Positions 41,301-50,880 of a DNA stretch of 64,000 nucleotides are shown here, one piece after another (position 1 is the stretch's first letter; each line of letters opens with the position of its first letter). The position numbers were made by a program, and so were the translations under genes. The notes below the pieces were generated by a model, which did not search any database, was not told where the DNA came from, and was given only the letters and a program-made list of their open reading frames with translations. Source of the stretch: Candidatus Binatia bacterium. Its GTDB lineage: Bacteria > Desulfobacterota > Binatia > Bin18. The stretch lies in NCBI GenBank assembly GCA_963664395.2, contig OY761159.2:832001-896000 (forward strand), given 5' to 3'.

Positions 41301-41805
41301 CGTAAGTCTCTTCGACGGTGCGGTAACACGAGAAGTCGGGAATGGTCCCGGCCGAGTCCTGCTTCGGGGTCTGTTGCGGAGTCTGCCTGGGGGTCTGTCT
41401 CGGGACGGCGGACGGGCGGGCCGGATAGGGAAACGTCTCGTCCGCAACGACCCGCAGGCCGGCGCGGCGTAAGACTGCGAGGTCAGCCTCCGAGGCCAGC
41501 ACGACCACGTAGCCCTTTTCATACTCGGACTCCAGGGCCTCCATCGAGATGACGATCTTCCGGGCAATGGCAGGATCGTCGAAGTATACGCGGACCACGC
41601 CGGGTTCAGCAGGTTCAGCAGGTTCAGCGGGTTCAGCGGGTTCAGCGGGTTCAGCCGACTCGTCCGCGCTGCTCCCGGCTCGCAGATTGGGGTCCGAAAA
41701 TTCGACTTCCTGGGTCCACGCGACAGCCGCGAGGAGCGCCAGACCCAATAAGAGCACGCTGCATGCTTGCAGCCACAGCCGTGCAGCCTTCCCCCTGCGA
41801 CTCAT
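38386..41805 (-). CDS. Secreted multidomain M14 zinc carboxypeptidase with Ig-like/PPC-like domains and two C-terminal repeats
   Basis: Signal peptide, HARE, NPDG, WRKN, GVDLNRNF, DIHSHG, YTFE; (PAE)n and poly-Pro linkers; two GYLENPG...SGW.C repeats. Confidence 0.9.
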   Translation of the reverse strand: MSRRGKAARLWLQACSVLLLGLALLAAVAWTQEVEFSDPNLRAGSSADESAEPAEPAEPAEPAEPAEPGVVRVYFDDPAIARKIVISMEALESEYEKGYVVVLASEADLAVLRRAGLRVVADETFPYPARPSAVPRQTPRQTPQQTPKQDSAGTIPDFSCYRTVEETYASAQAIVDAFPELATWTAVGQSWQKTADTGGYDLMVLKLTNSNVSGTKPKVLITSALHAREYATAELTTRFAEELVDSYGIDADATWLLDQHEVHLMLHANPDGRKRAEEGLSWRKNHNTTHCPDTWPGVDLNRNFDFKWGLPGSSDQACSNTFRGSAAASEPETQAITAYMQGLFPDARGAEDDAAAPADTSGVFLDIHSHGRLMLWPWGYTNTAAPNGTQLQTLGRKLAFFNGYTPQQAIGLYPASGTTDAYSYGELGIASYTFELGTEHFFQDCDFFEETILSQNIQSLRYALKVARTPYLTPAGPDAVDVDVSAGSVAPGVLPGTQVTLSATLNDGRYSEENGVEPEQNIAAGEYYVDVPPWGENPSAVALTPEDGVFDETEEDATASIDTTGWSPGRHLIFVRAKDASGNWGAFSSALLFIREQSEVAAVVSISRRTPRAVVTNADSLTWQVVFSKAVGEVDEADFVVSGTSTDVTSVSGSATTWRVTVSGGNLATANGQVSLAFAANQNIEDADGNALDATLPSGTNYQSYMLDNMSPPPPPPPPPPPPPPRGGSGGSVSRDLHGNTAAQATRVRLDSRVPWTSSTAGQINITDDSDYFQFSLPQAGVLVVETTGSTDTVGTAWQDGVELVRTDSGGERRNFRLSTRVEAGPVVVAVEGTRGRTGAYSLETRLLAGYLENPGPVSSQSGVGVLSGWTCTAAEVEIEIETKRGEVMRQGAAYGTARLDTEGVCGDTNNGFGLLFNWNLLGDGEHTVTALVDGVELGRARVTVTTLGEEFVRGVGGTCEVEDFPRRGESVTLVWQQTSQNFVIAGGDAPATPATPAGSGLTGYLENPGPNSFQSGIGLISGWVCEANRVEIAIGIGGRQAAAYGTERTDTLAACGDTDNGFGLLFNWNLLGDGEHAVVAFVDGVELGRATVRVTTLGPEFLRGAEGECVVQDFPRLGETVGLEWQQNSQNFIITDVE

Positions 41806-41990
41806 GACGACCTCCGGCTGGGAGGATATCTCAAGGCCCAACAGGCGCAAGTCGGGCGTCCGCCGACACGGCCACCTGAGATGCATACCCCCTGACGGGT
41901 CCGGGCTCCCTACCCCTCCGCCCACCGCGAGTTGACACAGCCGCTCTCACACCCCACACTGCCGGATACCCCACTGTGAAGGAGGACTCC

Positions 41991-42569
41991 ATGCTGCTCT
42001 ATCTCGACACCAAACGCGCGCCCAATCCGCGCAAGGTCCGCATCTATCTGGCCGAAAAAAACCTGGACATTCCGATCAAGGAAATCGACCTGTACGCCGG
42101 CGAGCAGAAGACGCCGGAGTTTCTGGCCAAGAATCCGTTTGCCGGTGTGCCCATCTTGGAGCTCGATGACGGCACGGTCCTGATCGAAACGCTGCCGATT
42201 ATGGAGTATCTGGAGGAACTCTATCCCGACCCGCCCCTGATCGGCACCGACCCCGTTAGCCGGGCGCTGGTGCGCTCCTGGGAACGGCGCTGTGAGATCG
42301 GGGTGTATTTGACGGCGTCGCGCATGGTGCTGTCCAAGGGCGACGTGTCCGATCAGGCGCGCCGAATCCTGATGCATCGCCTCCCGCTGGTCAACGCCGG
42401 CCTGGAAGGCAAGGACTGGCTGACCGGGAATTTATCGATTGCCGACATCATGTTGTTTATCGGCTTGGAGACCGCGCATCATGGCGGAACATTTCACCTT
42501 GATCCGGCCTGGAATAATCTGTCCCGCTGGTATGAAGCCATGAAGGCGCGGCCGAGTGCGTCGGTATAA
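41991..42569 (+). CDS. Glutathione S-transferase family protein
   Basis: APNPRKVRIYLAEK, NP...VP.LELDDG, SIADI; RBS AGGAGG. Confidence 0.92.
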   Translation: MLLYLDTKRAPNPRKVRIYLAEKNLDIPIKEIDLYAGEQKTPEFLAKNPFAGVPILELDDGTVLIETLPIMEYLEELYPDPPLIGTDPVSRALVRSWERRCEIGVYLTASRMVLSKGDVSDQARRILMHRLPLVNAGLEGKDWLTGNLSIADIMLFIGLETAHHGGTFHLDPAWNNLSRWYEAMKARPSASV

Positions 42570-42624
42570 AGTCTCCCACAAGACGTGTGGTAGCCCGCCA
42601 GACTCACTGTAGCCGCCGGGGTGG

Positions 42625-43920
42625 GTGCCTTTTGGCATCGCACGTAAGAGGGGACGTATAAGGAGACCGCAACCCATCGCCTCCCTCTCCCCTTCATTCC
42701 GGCAAGCACTTCAACCCTTCCGGCGTGAAGGGGTTCGGCGTTCTGCGCTGTTCTTCGCCGCGCTCTATTTTGTTCAGGGCACAATCGATCTCTCAACCGG
42801 TCTGCCCTATCAACCGATTCAATATCTGCTCAAAGAAGACCTGCACCTGAGTGCCGGTCAGGCCGGCTTTGTGTGGGCCATGATAGGCCTGGGTTGGACC
42901 ATCAAACCGGTCTACGGCCTCTTGTCCGACTTCCTGCCCTTGGGCGGCTCGCGGCGCAAGGGCTATCTCGTGTTGATGAGCGCGTTAGGTCTGGGAAGCT
43001 GGCTTGCGCTGGCCGTTGCGCCGACGGCGTATGCAACGGTCCTTGGGCTGCTCATGGCGTGTTCGTTTACCTTGGCCTTTGCCGACGTCATGACCGATGC
43101 GCTCATGGTGGAGACCGGGCGTCCCCTCGGTCTCACCGGGAGTTTTCAGTCGATTCAATGGGCGGCCATGGGCTTGGCCTTGACCCTCGCCCATCTCGGT
43201 GGCGGCTATCTCTCGGAATATTCGACTCCACACACCGCTTTTCTCGTGTGTGGGTTCTTTCCGCTCGTCACCCTGCTGGCAACCCTCTTGTTTGTACGGG
43301 AAGTGCCGCAGCCACTGGGACAAGCGCAGTTGCGAGAGACTGCGCGCGCGCTCAGAACAGCCGCCCGGTCGCGCACGGTCTGGATCGTGGCCGGCTTTCT
43401 GTTTGTGTGGAATTTCAGCCCACTGTTCGGCACACCGCTCTTGTATTACGAGCGCGATATTCTCCAATTTTCAAAAATCTACATCGGCACCCTGGGCGCG
43501 CTGACCAACGCGGCCGGCATGCTGGGCGCGGTCATCTTCTTTTTCTTTTTTCGGAACGTCTCCCTCCGCCGCCTCCTCTTTATCGCGGTGACGCTCGGCG
43601 TTGTGTCAACGCTCAGTTTCCTGGGCCTAACCGGACCTCGCTCCGGGATTGTCATTTTTCTCGGCTACGGCCTGATTTCGCAGATTACGCATCTGGCTGT
43701 ACTCGACCTTGCGGCCCGCTCCTGCCCGGCACGCGTTGAGGGCACGGTATTCGCCCTCCTGATGTCCGCCCTGAACATCGGGCGAAGCGGGTCTCAGGCG
43801 CTGGGCGGCTGGCTCTACGATCAAACCGGCTTTATCCCCTTGGTCTGCATCAGTGCCGCGTTCACCGCCTTGTGCTGGTTGATGATTTCTTTGCTGCGTT
43901 CTGAGGAACCGTCCTCGTAG
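42625..43920 (+). CDS. MFS transporter, BT1 folate/biopterin-like (start uncertain)
   Basis: YFVQG, WTIKPVYGLLSD, DVMTDALMVE, CP..VEGTVFALLM. Confidence 0.85.
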   Translation: MPFGIARKRGRIRRPQPIASLSPSFRQALQPFRREGVRRSALFFAALYFVQGTIDLSTGLPYQPIQYLLKEDLHLSAGQAGFVWAMIGLGWTIKPVYGLLSDFLPLGGSRRKGYLVLMSALGLGSWLALAVAPTAYATVLGLLMACSFTLAFADVMTDALMVETGRPLGLTGSFQSIQWAAMGLALTLAHLGGGYLSEYSTPHTAFLVCGFFPLVTLLATLLFVREVPQPLGQAQLRETARALRTAARSRTVWIVAGFLFVWNFSPLFGTPLLYYERDILQFSKIYIGTLGALTNAAGMLGAVIFFFFFRNVSLRRLLFIAVTLGVVSTLSFLGLTGPRSGIVIFLGYGLISQITHLAVLDLAARSCPARVEGTVFALLMSALNIGRSGSQALGGWLYDQTGFIPLVCISAAFTALCWLMISLLRSEEPSS

Positions 43921-44037
43921 GGGCAGTAGGTCCTTGCCGCTTCGTCACAACCTGGATAAACATGCAACGTTCCGTGTTTTCGTCCTGCTCCGCAGTCCGC
44001 AACGGCTGAGCAGGCTACGTTAGCCAGATACATGGAA

Positions 44038-44892
44038 ATGAAAAATAATACTCCCACCTTTGACCAGCTCATGAATCCTTTGCTCGAATCCTTGCGACAG
44101 CTGGGTGGTTCGGGCTCGATCGATGAGATTTATGAGAAGGTTGTACAGATCGAGACAATTCCAGACGAAGTTCTCAATCAACTTCACAATCCTGAAAAAA
44201 GCAACCGAACCGAGGTCGAGTATCGGCTTGCCTGGGCAAGAACTTATCTCAAGAAATACGGATACATCGAAAATTCGAGCCGTGGCGTATGGGCATTAAC
44301 AAACAAAGCGAAAGACACTCCCGAAGTAGACCCACAAGAAGTAGTTAAATTTGCTCGGGAGGACTACGGAAAAAATGCGACCAAGAAACCTAAGAGGAAA
44401 GAAAGAGAATTAGACCTTCTTGAAGAAGAAGAATGGATAGAAAAGCTTCATCATATTCTGACCAAGGAAATTTCGCCTGATCAATTTGAACGACTCACAC
44501 AGAGGCTACTGAGAGAGTCGGGCTTCGTTCAGGTCGAAGTTACGGGGAGAACTGGTGATGGCGGCATCGATGGAAAAGGCATTGCCCGCTTGCATGGATT
44601 CATGAGCTTCCATGTGATTTTTCAATGCAAGAAATATCAGGGGTCAGTTTCTGCTGGAGATATACGAGATTTTCGCGGGGCGATGGTAGGGCGTGCCGAT
44701 AAGGGCTTATTCATCACAACCGGGACGTTCACTCCAGCAGCAGTAAAGGAAGCCACGAGAGATGGAGCACCACCCATTGACTTAGTTGATGGAGAGCAGC
44801 TTGCTCTCAAACTGAAGGAAGTTGGACTTGGGATTAGAACCGAGATGGTCGAGAAGGTTACGACAGATGCCAGCTGGTTCAAGAATCTATGA
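44038..44892 (+). CDS. mrr: Mrr-family type IV restriction endonuclease
   Basis: PTFDQLM.P.L, YRLAWARTYLK..G.IEN..RGVW, FE..., DGGID, QCKKY, IDLVDG. Confidence 0.93.
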   Translation: MKNNTPTFDQLMNPLLESLRQLGGSGSIDEIYEKVVQIETIPDEVLNQLHNPEKSNRTEVEYRLAWARTYLKKYGYIENSSRGVWALTNKAKDTPEVDPQEVVKFAREDYGKNATKKPKRKERELDLLEEEEWIEKLHHILTKEISPDQFERLTQRLLRESGFVQVEVTGRTGDGGIDGKGIARLHGFMSFHVIFQCKKYQGSVSAGDIRDFRGAMVGRADKGLFITTGTFTPAAVKEATRDGAPPIDLVDGEQLALKLKEVGLGIRTEMVEKVTTDASWFKNL

Positions 44893-45018
44893 GGCATAAC
44901 AAATAGCAAAGTCGCAGAGATGAGCTCTTTCTGGTCTAACTCAACGAGAGGTAAGTCCCTGGTTTGACCAAGGGGACTGCCAATGTTTGACATCCGGATT
45001 TCGTAACTTGCATCCCCC

Positions 45019-46554
45019 CTACAAAGCAGGTGGGCGCGGGGCGTCGAAGATTTCACGCTGGAATGCATCTGCCGCACGTAACACCGTCGCATCATCGCCC
45101 TTGCGTCCGACCAGCATCATGCCGATCGGCAGGCCGTTCGACATGCCGCAGGGCACGTTCATGGCTGGATGGCCGGTTGCGTCAAACGGGGAGGTGTTAA
45201 CCAAGTGTTCAAACGCCAGCTGCACACACTCTTCCCGACTCACATCCGCGGGTGGAATCTTGGGTGCCATGAACGGTAGCGTAGGCATGACTAAGAGATC
45301 GCACTCCTCTAAAGCGGCATCGTAGGCCGCAGATAAAGAACGGGCCAAATTTTGGGCTTTGGCATAATAGCGTCCGTGGTAGCGCTCCTGCATATACTGG
45401 CCGGCCAACATAGTCAGCTTGACGTTCTCTGATAAATCGTCTGGTTTAGTCAGGAGACCGCGGGCCATGGCATCAAGCAAACTTGTAGTATAGTGGCCTT
45501 TCCAGTTCGTGCCCATGCCGTTGCCCTGCATCATCAGTACGGTTGCACCCTCTTGAAATATGGCAAAGAGGATGTGTCGGCCGTGACGGTGCCATGGTAT
45601 GGAAACGGTTTCGACACGAGCGCCGAGTTTCTCAAACGCATGGGCGGATTGTTCTACACTCTCATCCACATCCGCCTCAGACACGTCCTCCCAGCCAAAA
45701 CCCTCCGGGACAATCCCGAGGCGCAGACCATCGATTTTTCCGGACAGGGCTTGCGTATACGCTTTGCCTTGCAGAGCGGCCTGCTGACGCGGGTCGAGAC
45801 CGTCCGGCCCAGCAATTACTTCTAGCAACAAGGCCACGTCAGCCACTGTCCGTGCCATGGGTCCGGCATGGTCTATGGTGAGTTCGATGGGAGCAATTCC
45901 GGTGTAGGGAACCAATCCATAGGTTGGTTTAATGCCATAAATCCCACACCAGCAACTCGGCATCCGAATCGAGCCGCCCTGATCGCCGCCAATCGCCATA
46001 TCGACTTTGCTCGCCGCAACAAGCGCCGCACTGCCGCTTGAGGAGCCACCGGCCATCCGACTCGGATCGTGTGGATTTTGCACTGGTCCTGTATCGCTGG
46101 TGTGGCTTCCCCCTGACCAACAGAAATGCTCACACACCGCCTTTCCGAGAATGGTACCGCCCGCATCCAGGATACGCGTGACAACGGTTGCATCGATCTC
46201 CGGGGTGTAGCCCTCTAACACACTGCTACCATTCATCATCGGTACCCCCGCCACGCAGACGTTGTCCTTAATCGCCAGCGTTTTTCCTATGAGCGGCCCT
46301 GACGGCGCGCCCGTTATTTCGGTTCGCCAATACCAGGCGTTGTATGGATTCTCTTCCGGTTGCGGGCGAAGGCCAGGCGTTCGCGGATACTTCACCGGCA
46401 GGGTTGGTTCGGTCAGTTTGTCAAGGTGCGCGTACGATTCAACAATTCCACGCATCAGTCCCTGAAACGATTTAATGTCGTTTCCGTCCAAGCTCAGTCC
46501 AAATCCGTCAGCAATATCGGCAATCTCATCCAGCGTCGGTAATTGTACTGGCAT
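45019..46554 (-). CDS. Amidase signature family protein
   Basis: AIKDN, GGSSSGS, GGDQGGSIRMP. Confidence 0.95.
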   Translation of the reverse strand: MPVQLPTLDEIADIADGFGLSLDGNDIKSFQGLMRGIVESYAHLDKLTEPTLPVKYPRTPGLRPQPEENPYNAWYWRTEITGAPSGPLIGKTLAIKDNVCVAGVPMMNGSSVLEGYTPEIDATVVTRILDAGGTILGKAVCEHFCWSGGSHTSDTGPVQNPHDPSRMAGGSSSGSAALVAASKVDMAIGGDQGGSIRMPSCWCGIYGIKPTYGLVPYTGIAPIELTIDHAGPMARTVADVALLLEVIAGPDGLDPRQQAALQGKAYTQALSGKIDGLRLGIVPEGFGWEDVSEADVDESVEQSAHAFEKLGARVETVSIPWHRHGRHILFAIFQEGATVLMMQGNGMGTNWKGHYTTSLLDAMARGLLTKPDDLSENVKLTMLAGQYMQERYHGRYYAKAQNLARSLSAAYDAALEECDLLVMPTLPFMAPKIPPADVSREECVQLAFEHLVNTSPFDATGHPAMNVPCGMSNGLPIGMMLVGRKGDDATVLRAADAFQREIFDAPRPPAL

Positions 46555-46672
46555 ACGTCCTCCTTATTCATTATTCATTGGTGAGATAGCGCAGTGCCTT
46601 TCCCTTGCCAAGCCCAGCGAAACCACATAAGACGAGGCGCACTATAAAAAGAGACATAACAGGAGGCCGAGC

Positions 46673-46942
46673 ATGGAACGTTTGGACAATAAAGTTGCCA
46701 TCATCACCGGAGGCGCGGGTGGCATCGGTCTCCAGGCCGGCAGGCTGTTTGCCCAGGAAGAAGGCTTTCAGCCCAACGATCCGGGCCAGGCCAAGGAAAT
46801 GATGTCGGCCATGGTTCCCCTCCAACGCTACGCCGAGCCTGTAGAGGTCGCCAGGATCATGCTCTTTCTGGCCAGCGAAGAAAGCTCCTACTGCAGCGGT
46901 GGCGTGTATATGGTTGATGGCGGGATGACGGCGAGGACGTAA
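46673..46942 (+). pseudogene. SDR oxidoreductase with in-frame internal deletion
   Basis: TGGAGGIG N-terminus joined to PLQRYAEP...LFLAS...VDGG C-terminus; no YxxxK; only 89 aa. Confidence 0.8.
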
Positions 46943-46969
46943 AGCCAGCGGCTGCGATAACATGTCCCA

Positions 46970-48022
46970 ATGGTCAAAGCAGGAAAACGACGGGCGGCGG
47001 CGGACCAACTTCATTTATTCTTACCGGCCCCTTCTTCTGAAGCTCCGGACGGACAGACGAAACAGATCAATCCCGCGCCCCTCCTCTCAGGATTAGAGTC
47101 GCTGGCCGAACGCCTTCCCGCTACGATTCGGCTCGGAACCTCTTCCTGGTCTTTCCCTGGTTGGGAAGGTTTAATTTATGACCGCCCAGCCCCACAGACA
47201 AAACTGGCGCGCGAAGGTTTGACGGTGTACTCCCGGCATCCGCTCTTGCGGACCGTCGGCGTTGACCGGACGTATTATCGACCAATGACGGCGGCACAAT
47301 TTGCTGCCTACGCAGTGCAAGTGCCGGAGCCCTTCCGCTTTCTGGTCAAGGCGCATGAGTATTGCACGCTGGCCGGCTTTGGCGCTCATCCTCGGTATGG
47401 CACTCGGCGTGGGCAGCCCAACAGCCTTTTTCTTGATCCACACTACGCGACCCAAGAAGTGGTTGGACCGTTCATGGCCGGGCTCAAAGACAAAGCCGGC
47501 CCACTGCTGTTCCAATTCTCTCCCCAAGACTTTGCCGGCCTCGGTGGTCCGGGCCATTTTGTCGAGCGGCTGTACCAGTTTTTGGATAGGCTTCCGCGCG
47601 GCCCGCTCTACGCGGTCGAGATTCGCAACACGGAACTCTTTACGCCTGAATATGTCGATGCATTGTCGGCGGTAGGCGCGTGTCATTGCATTAATGGTCA
47701 TCCCAGTATGCCGGCCGTCCACGCCCAAGCCGCACTGATTCAACCGGAACGGAATCAGGCGGTTGTCATCCGCTGGATGCAGGCCCGCCATCTGAGCTAT
47801 CAAGCGGCAAAACAAAAATATGCACCGTTTAATCAGATTGTCGATGCGGACCCTACGGCACGTAAGGCCATTGCCGAGCTGTGTCTCAACGGAAGCGGTC
47901 GACGGCAGCCGGCCTACGTGATTGTGAACAACAAAGCAGAGGGCTCCGCGCCGCTGTCTATTTTTCAATTGGCAGAACAGATTGTAGAAACGGTGTCTGG
48001 CACGAGTGGTACGCTCAGCTGA
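46970..48022 (+). CDS. DUF72 family protein
   Basis: RLGTSSWSFPGW, VD.TYY, FLVKA, GPLLFQF, YAVEIR, NNKAEGSAP. Confidence 0.9.
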   Translation: MVKAGKRRAAADQLHLFLPAPSSEAPDGQTKQINPAPLLSGLESLAERLPATIRLGTSSWSFPGWEGLIYDRPAPQTKLAREGLTVYSRHPLLRTVGVDRTYYRPMTAAQFAAYAVQVPEPFRFLVKAHEYCTLAGFGAHPRYGTRRGQPNSLFLDPHYATQEVVGPFMAGLKDKAGPLLFQFSPQDFAGLGGPGHFVERLYQFLDRLPRGPLYAVEIRNTELFTPEYVDALSAVGACHCINGHPSMPAVHAQAALIQPERNQAVVIRWMQARHLSYQAAKQKYAPFNQIVDADPTARKAIAELCLNGSGRRQPAYVIVNNKAEGSAPLSIFQLAEQIVETVSGTSGTLS

Positions 48023-48644
48023 GCAGCGCGGACCCGCCATCCCATATTAGGAGAAGACCAAACAGGAGGAGCGAGACTCCGCTCAATCGGAGTGCCATCC
48101 GATAGCCACGCCCTTGCAAACGCGCCCGCCCACCGTGGACAAGCACGGCAATCAAGACCTTCGACCCGACCAGACAGCCATAGAAGCCAAGCAGAAAGGC
48201 ACCAATGGGAAACCACATGTTGTCGCGCGCGTTGTCCGTCACGAGCGGCCCCCCAACAGTCAGCCAAAAGATGTACGGATGGGGATTCAGCAGGTTGACC
48301 AGCAAACCTTTGCGGAAGCTCAGCAACCGGCTCCCCGCCCCTCCTTCCTCCGCCATCCTCATCGGCGCCGGCGTCCGCAGGGTCTCTCCCCCGAGGAAGC
48401 ACACATAGCCGCCCCCAATGAGACTGAGGACCGAAAAACTCGTAGGCGGGAGTTGAGTCAACACCATGAGCACGAGGCCGACGACCAGCACGTCAGCAAC
48501 CGGCGGAGCCAGGGCCACAGTCGCCCCGCTCTTCCAGCCGTTGCGCAAGCTCTCATGTATCACCAGACTGGACAGCGGGCCGGGCGTTATGCCGGCCCCG
48601 AGTCCGAGACTGATAGCAAAGAGAAAGGTTTGCCAGGTCGTCAT
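48015..48644 (-). CDS. LysE-family translocator
   Basis: TPGP, GLLVNLLNPHP..FW; hydrophobic. Confidence 0.88.
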   Translation of the reverse strand: MTTWQTFLFAISLGLGAGITPGPLSSLVIHESLRNGWKSGATVALAPPVADVLVVGLVLMVLTQLPPTSFSVLSLIGGGYVCFLGGETLRTPAPMRMAEEGGAGSRLLSFRKGLLVNLLNPHPYIFWLTVGGPLVTDNARDNMWFPIGAFLLGFYGCLVGSKVLIAVLVHGGRARLQGRGYRMALRLSGVSLLLFGLLLIWDGGSALLS

Positions 48645-48738
48645 GCGACTACGCCGTCCTCCCCCCGTGCTGTTTTTTCACTGAAGCCGCCATGATAGAT
48701 ACGCCCACACAAGAAGAGGAAGAAGAGGAGGGCGCTGT

Positions 48739-49332
48739 ATGGCCGAGAGTCACATCCCGTCGCAATCTACCCATTTGCCCGGTCCGCATGACCAGCACCA
48801 GCACGATCATCAACACGGTCCACATTTTCGATTCTGCCCGAAGTGTGGCGGTGCGTTAAGTCGCCAGCTGCTCAAGCCGAACGAACCCAAACGCCTGGTG
48901 TGCGGGAGCTGTTCTTTCATTTTCTATGACGACCCCAAAGTAGCGGCCTGTACCATTCCCGTCATACAGGGCAAGATTCTCCTGGTACAGCGTGGGATCG
49001 AGCCGGGCTATGGCAAGTGGGTCTTTCCAGGCGGCTTCCTGGATCGAGGCGAGCGCGTAGAAGACGCTGCCATTCGCGAGACCTGGGAAGAGACCGGTCT
49101 CAAGGTGGAAGTTGGTCATCTGCTCAACGCCTACTCCTACCCTGGCTATCCGGTCGTTGTGCTGGTATATCCGGCAACAGTGCTCGCCGGCGAGCCCCAA
49201 GCCCTGGATGAAACGCTCGCAGTCAAGCTTTTTGCTCCGGCGGATATCCCCTGGTCGGAGCTGGCGTTTCCCAGCACTACAGACGCACTGACCGAGTATA
49301 TCTCATTTTTTGATAGGTCACGCCCGGCATAA
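48739..49332 (+). CDS. NUDIX hydrolase with N-terminal zinc ribbon
   Basis: FCPKCG...CGSC; Nudix box GG...GE....AAIRETWEETG. Confidence 0.92.
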   Translation: MAESHIPSQSTHLPGPHDQHQHDHQHGPHFRFCPKCGGALSRQLLKPNEPKRLVCGSCSFIFYDDPKVAACTIPVIQGKILLVQRGIEPGYGKWVFPGGFLDRGERVEDAAIRETWEETGLKVEVGHLLNAYSYPGYPVVVLVYPATVLAGEPQALDETLAVKLFAPADIPWSELAFPSTTDALTEYISFFDRSRPA

Positions 49333-49399
49333 ATCCACCCCAACTTCTTTTAGTGTTGCTTTTCTGTTAGGGTATCGCAAATCTTTCAGGAGGAAATGA

Positions 49400-49771
49400 A
49401 TGCCAGACGAAAAATTATCAGCGGAGGAGGAACTTAAAAAAGCGACCTGGGGCTATATCGGAGTGGGCGTGTTATGGCTCTCCCTCATCGTATCGGGCAT
49501 GGCGCTTGAGCGATTGGACCTGACCAGCGACATTCTCACCGGTATCCTGCCGGGTGCCGTCAGCACCCTCCGGGTCGATAACGCCGCGCTCGACGGACAG
49601 GTACGCGTACTCAAGGATGCCAACCAACGCTTAGACGGCTTGATCGGCCGTGAGCGGGCAACAGTCGAGGCACTTGAGTATTGTCAGGCCGAAAACAGAG
49701 AGATTAACGCCGAGATTAAGGACCTTAAAGCCAGTGCTGCAGCTCCGGCAGATGGAGAGAGTGCAAGCTAA
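49400..49771 (+). CDS. Hypothetical membrane protein with coiled coil
   Basis: RBS AGGAGG; one TM segment followed by heptad-rich region. Confidence 0.65.
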   Translation: MPDEKLSAEEELKKATWGYIGVGVLWLSLIVSGMALERLDLTSDILTGILPGAVSTLRVDNAALDGQVRVLKDANQRLDGLIGRERATVEALEYCQAENREINAEIKDLKASAAAPADGESAS

Positions 49772-49832
49772 CCGGCTCAATACTGATGGGAGTTTCCTGC
49801 TCCTCTTCCTTTGACTCGACCAAGCCAATATG

Positions 49833-49859
49833 GGGGCGTCTTATCAGACGCCCCTTTTT
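49833..49859 (+). terminator. Rho-independent terminator
   Basis: GGGGCGTC-ttatca-GACGCCCC-TTTTT. Confidence 0.8.
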
Positions 49860-49877
49860 CTTCTTTGCTCAGCCCCG

Positions 49878-49954
49878 GATGTCACCGGATGTCACCAGAT
49901 GTCACCGGATGTCACCAGATGTCACCGGATGTCACCAGATGTCACCAGATATCA
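49878..49954. repeat. 10-bp tandem repeat GATGTCACCR x7 plus partial
   Basis: Direct reading; last base G,A,G,A,G,A,A. Confidence 0.95.
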
Positions 49955-49964
49955 TGCAGCCTGA

Positions 49965-50777
49965 CTACTGCCAGGCGTGTTGGCGCTGGATAAATTCCGT
50001 CACCACATCAACGGTTGTCCGGGCTAACTCGATATTAAACAAATGGCTGGCATTCGACAGGATGGTCAGGTCAGCGTTGGGAATACGCTGAGCCAGGGTG
50101 ACCGAATTTTCCGGCGGAACCAGGCCATCTTCCTTACCCGTCACAACCAGGGTCGGCGCCGCAATATTGGGGAGACGCGCATAGGTATCGTGCCCCTGAA
50201 TCGCTGCCATTTGGCTGATCATGCCGTGCTTGGGCGTCGGATGCCGGCTGGAGAGCTGGTTGAGTTCGAGCAGGGTGTTCATATGCTTTTGTATGAACCA
50301 CGGCGTTACCGCAACTTTGGTCATGGCTAACGCGGCCTGTTCAACGTCGAAGTCGGCAATATTGTTCAGCATGTTCAGCACTTCAGGATCTTGTGACAGC
50401 AGCGTCTTTTCCCCACCGCAGTTGGTGCAGCCCAAGATCAAATTTTTGACCCGGCCGGGATGACGCAGCGCAAACTCCTGGGCAATCATGCCGCCCATTG
50501 AGATGCCGAAAACGTTCGCCTGGTCAATCCCGAGATGATCCAGCACGCCGGCGGTATCATCCGCAAACAGCGGCATGGAATACGGCGCATCCGGCTTATC
50601 GCTCTGGCCCACGCCACGGTTGTCAAATGTGATCGTCCTGAACGCCTTGGCAAAGCCGTCAACATTCCAGTGCCAGCCGACCGAGCTTATGGTGAAACCC
50701 ATGATGAGGAGCAGTGGCTCGCCTTGCCCCTGTTCTTCGTAGTACAGCTTGACTCCATTTGATTCGATATGCGGCAT
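49965..50777 (-). CDS. Alpha/beta hydrolase
   Basis: FDNRGVG.S, GISMGG nucleophile elbow, Asp in GKEDG, His in ASHL. Confidence 0.93.
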   Translation of the reverse strand: MPHIESNGVKLYYEEQGQGEPLLLIMGFTISSVGWHWNVDGFAKAFRTITFDNRGVGQSDKPDAPYSMPLFADDTAGVLDHLGIDQANVFGISMGGMIAQEFALRHPGRVKNLILGCTNCGGEKTLLSQDPEVLNMLNNIADFDVEQAALAMTKVAVTPWFIQKHMNTLLELNQLSSRHPTPKHGMISQMAAIQGHDTYARLPNIAAPTLVVTGKEDGLVPPENSVTLAQRIPNADLTILSNASHLFNIELARTTVDVVTEFIQRQHAWQ

Positions 50778-50822
50778 GGATGATTTCTCCTTCTCTCTCT
50801 TTTCGGTTGTGCAGCAAACAAA

Positions 50823-50849
50823 AGGGCAACCACATGGGGTTGCCCCTAC
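50823..50849. repeat. REP-like palindrome
   Basis: GGGCAACC-acatgg-GGTTGCCC-CTAC. Confidence 0.6.
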
Positions 50850-50880
50850 CTATGTCTCAACGAACTGTCCGAAGTTGAGG

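Noticed and set aside
49878-49954. Possible CRISPR array
   Set aside because: 10-bp contiguous units, no spacers, no cas genes
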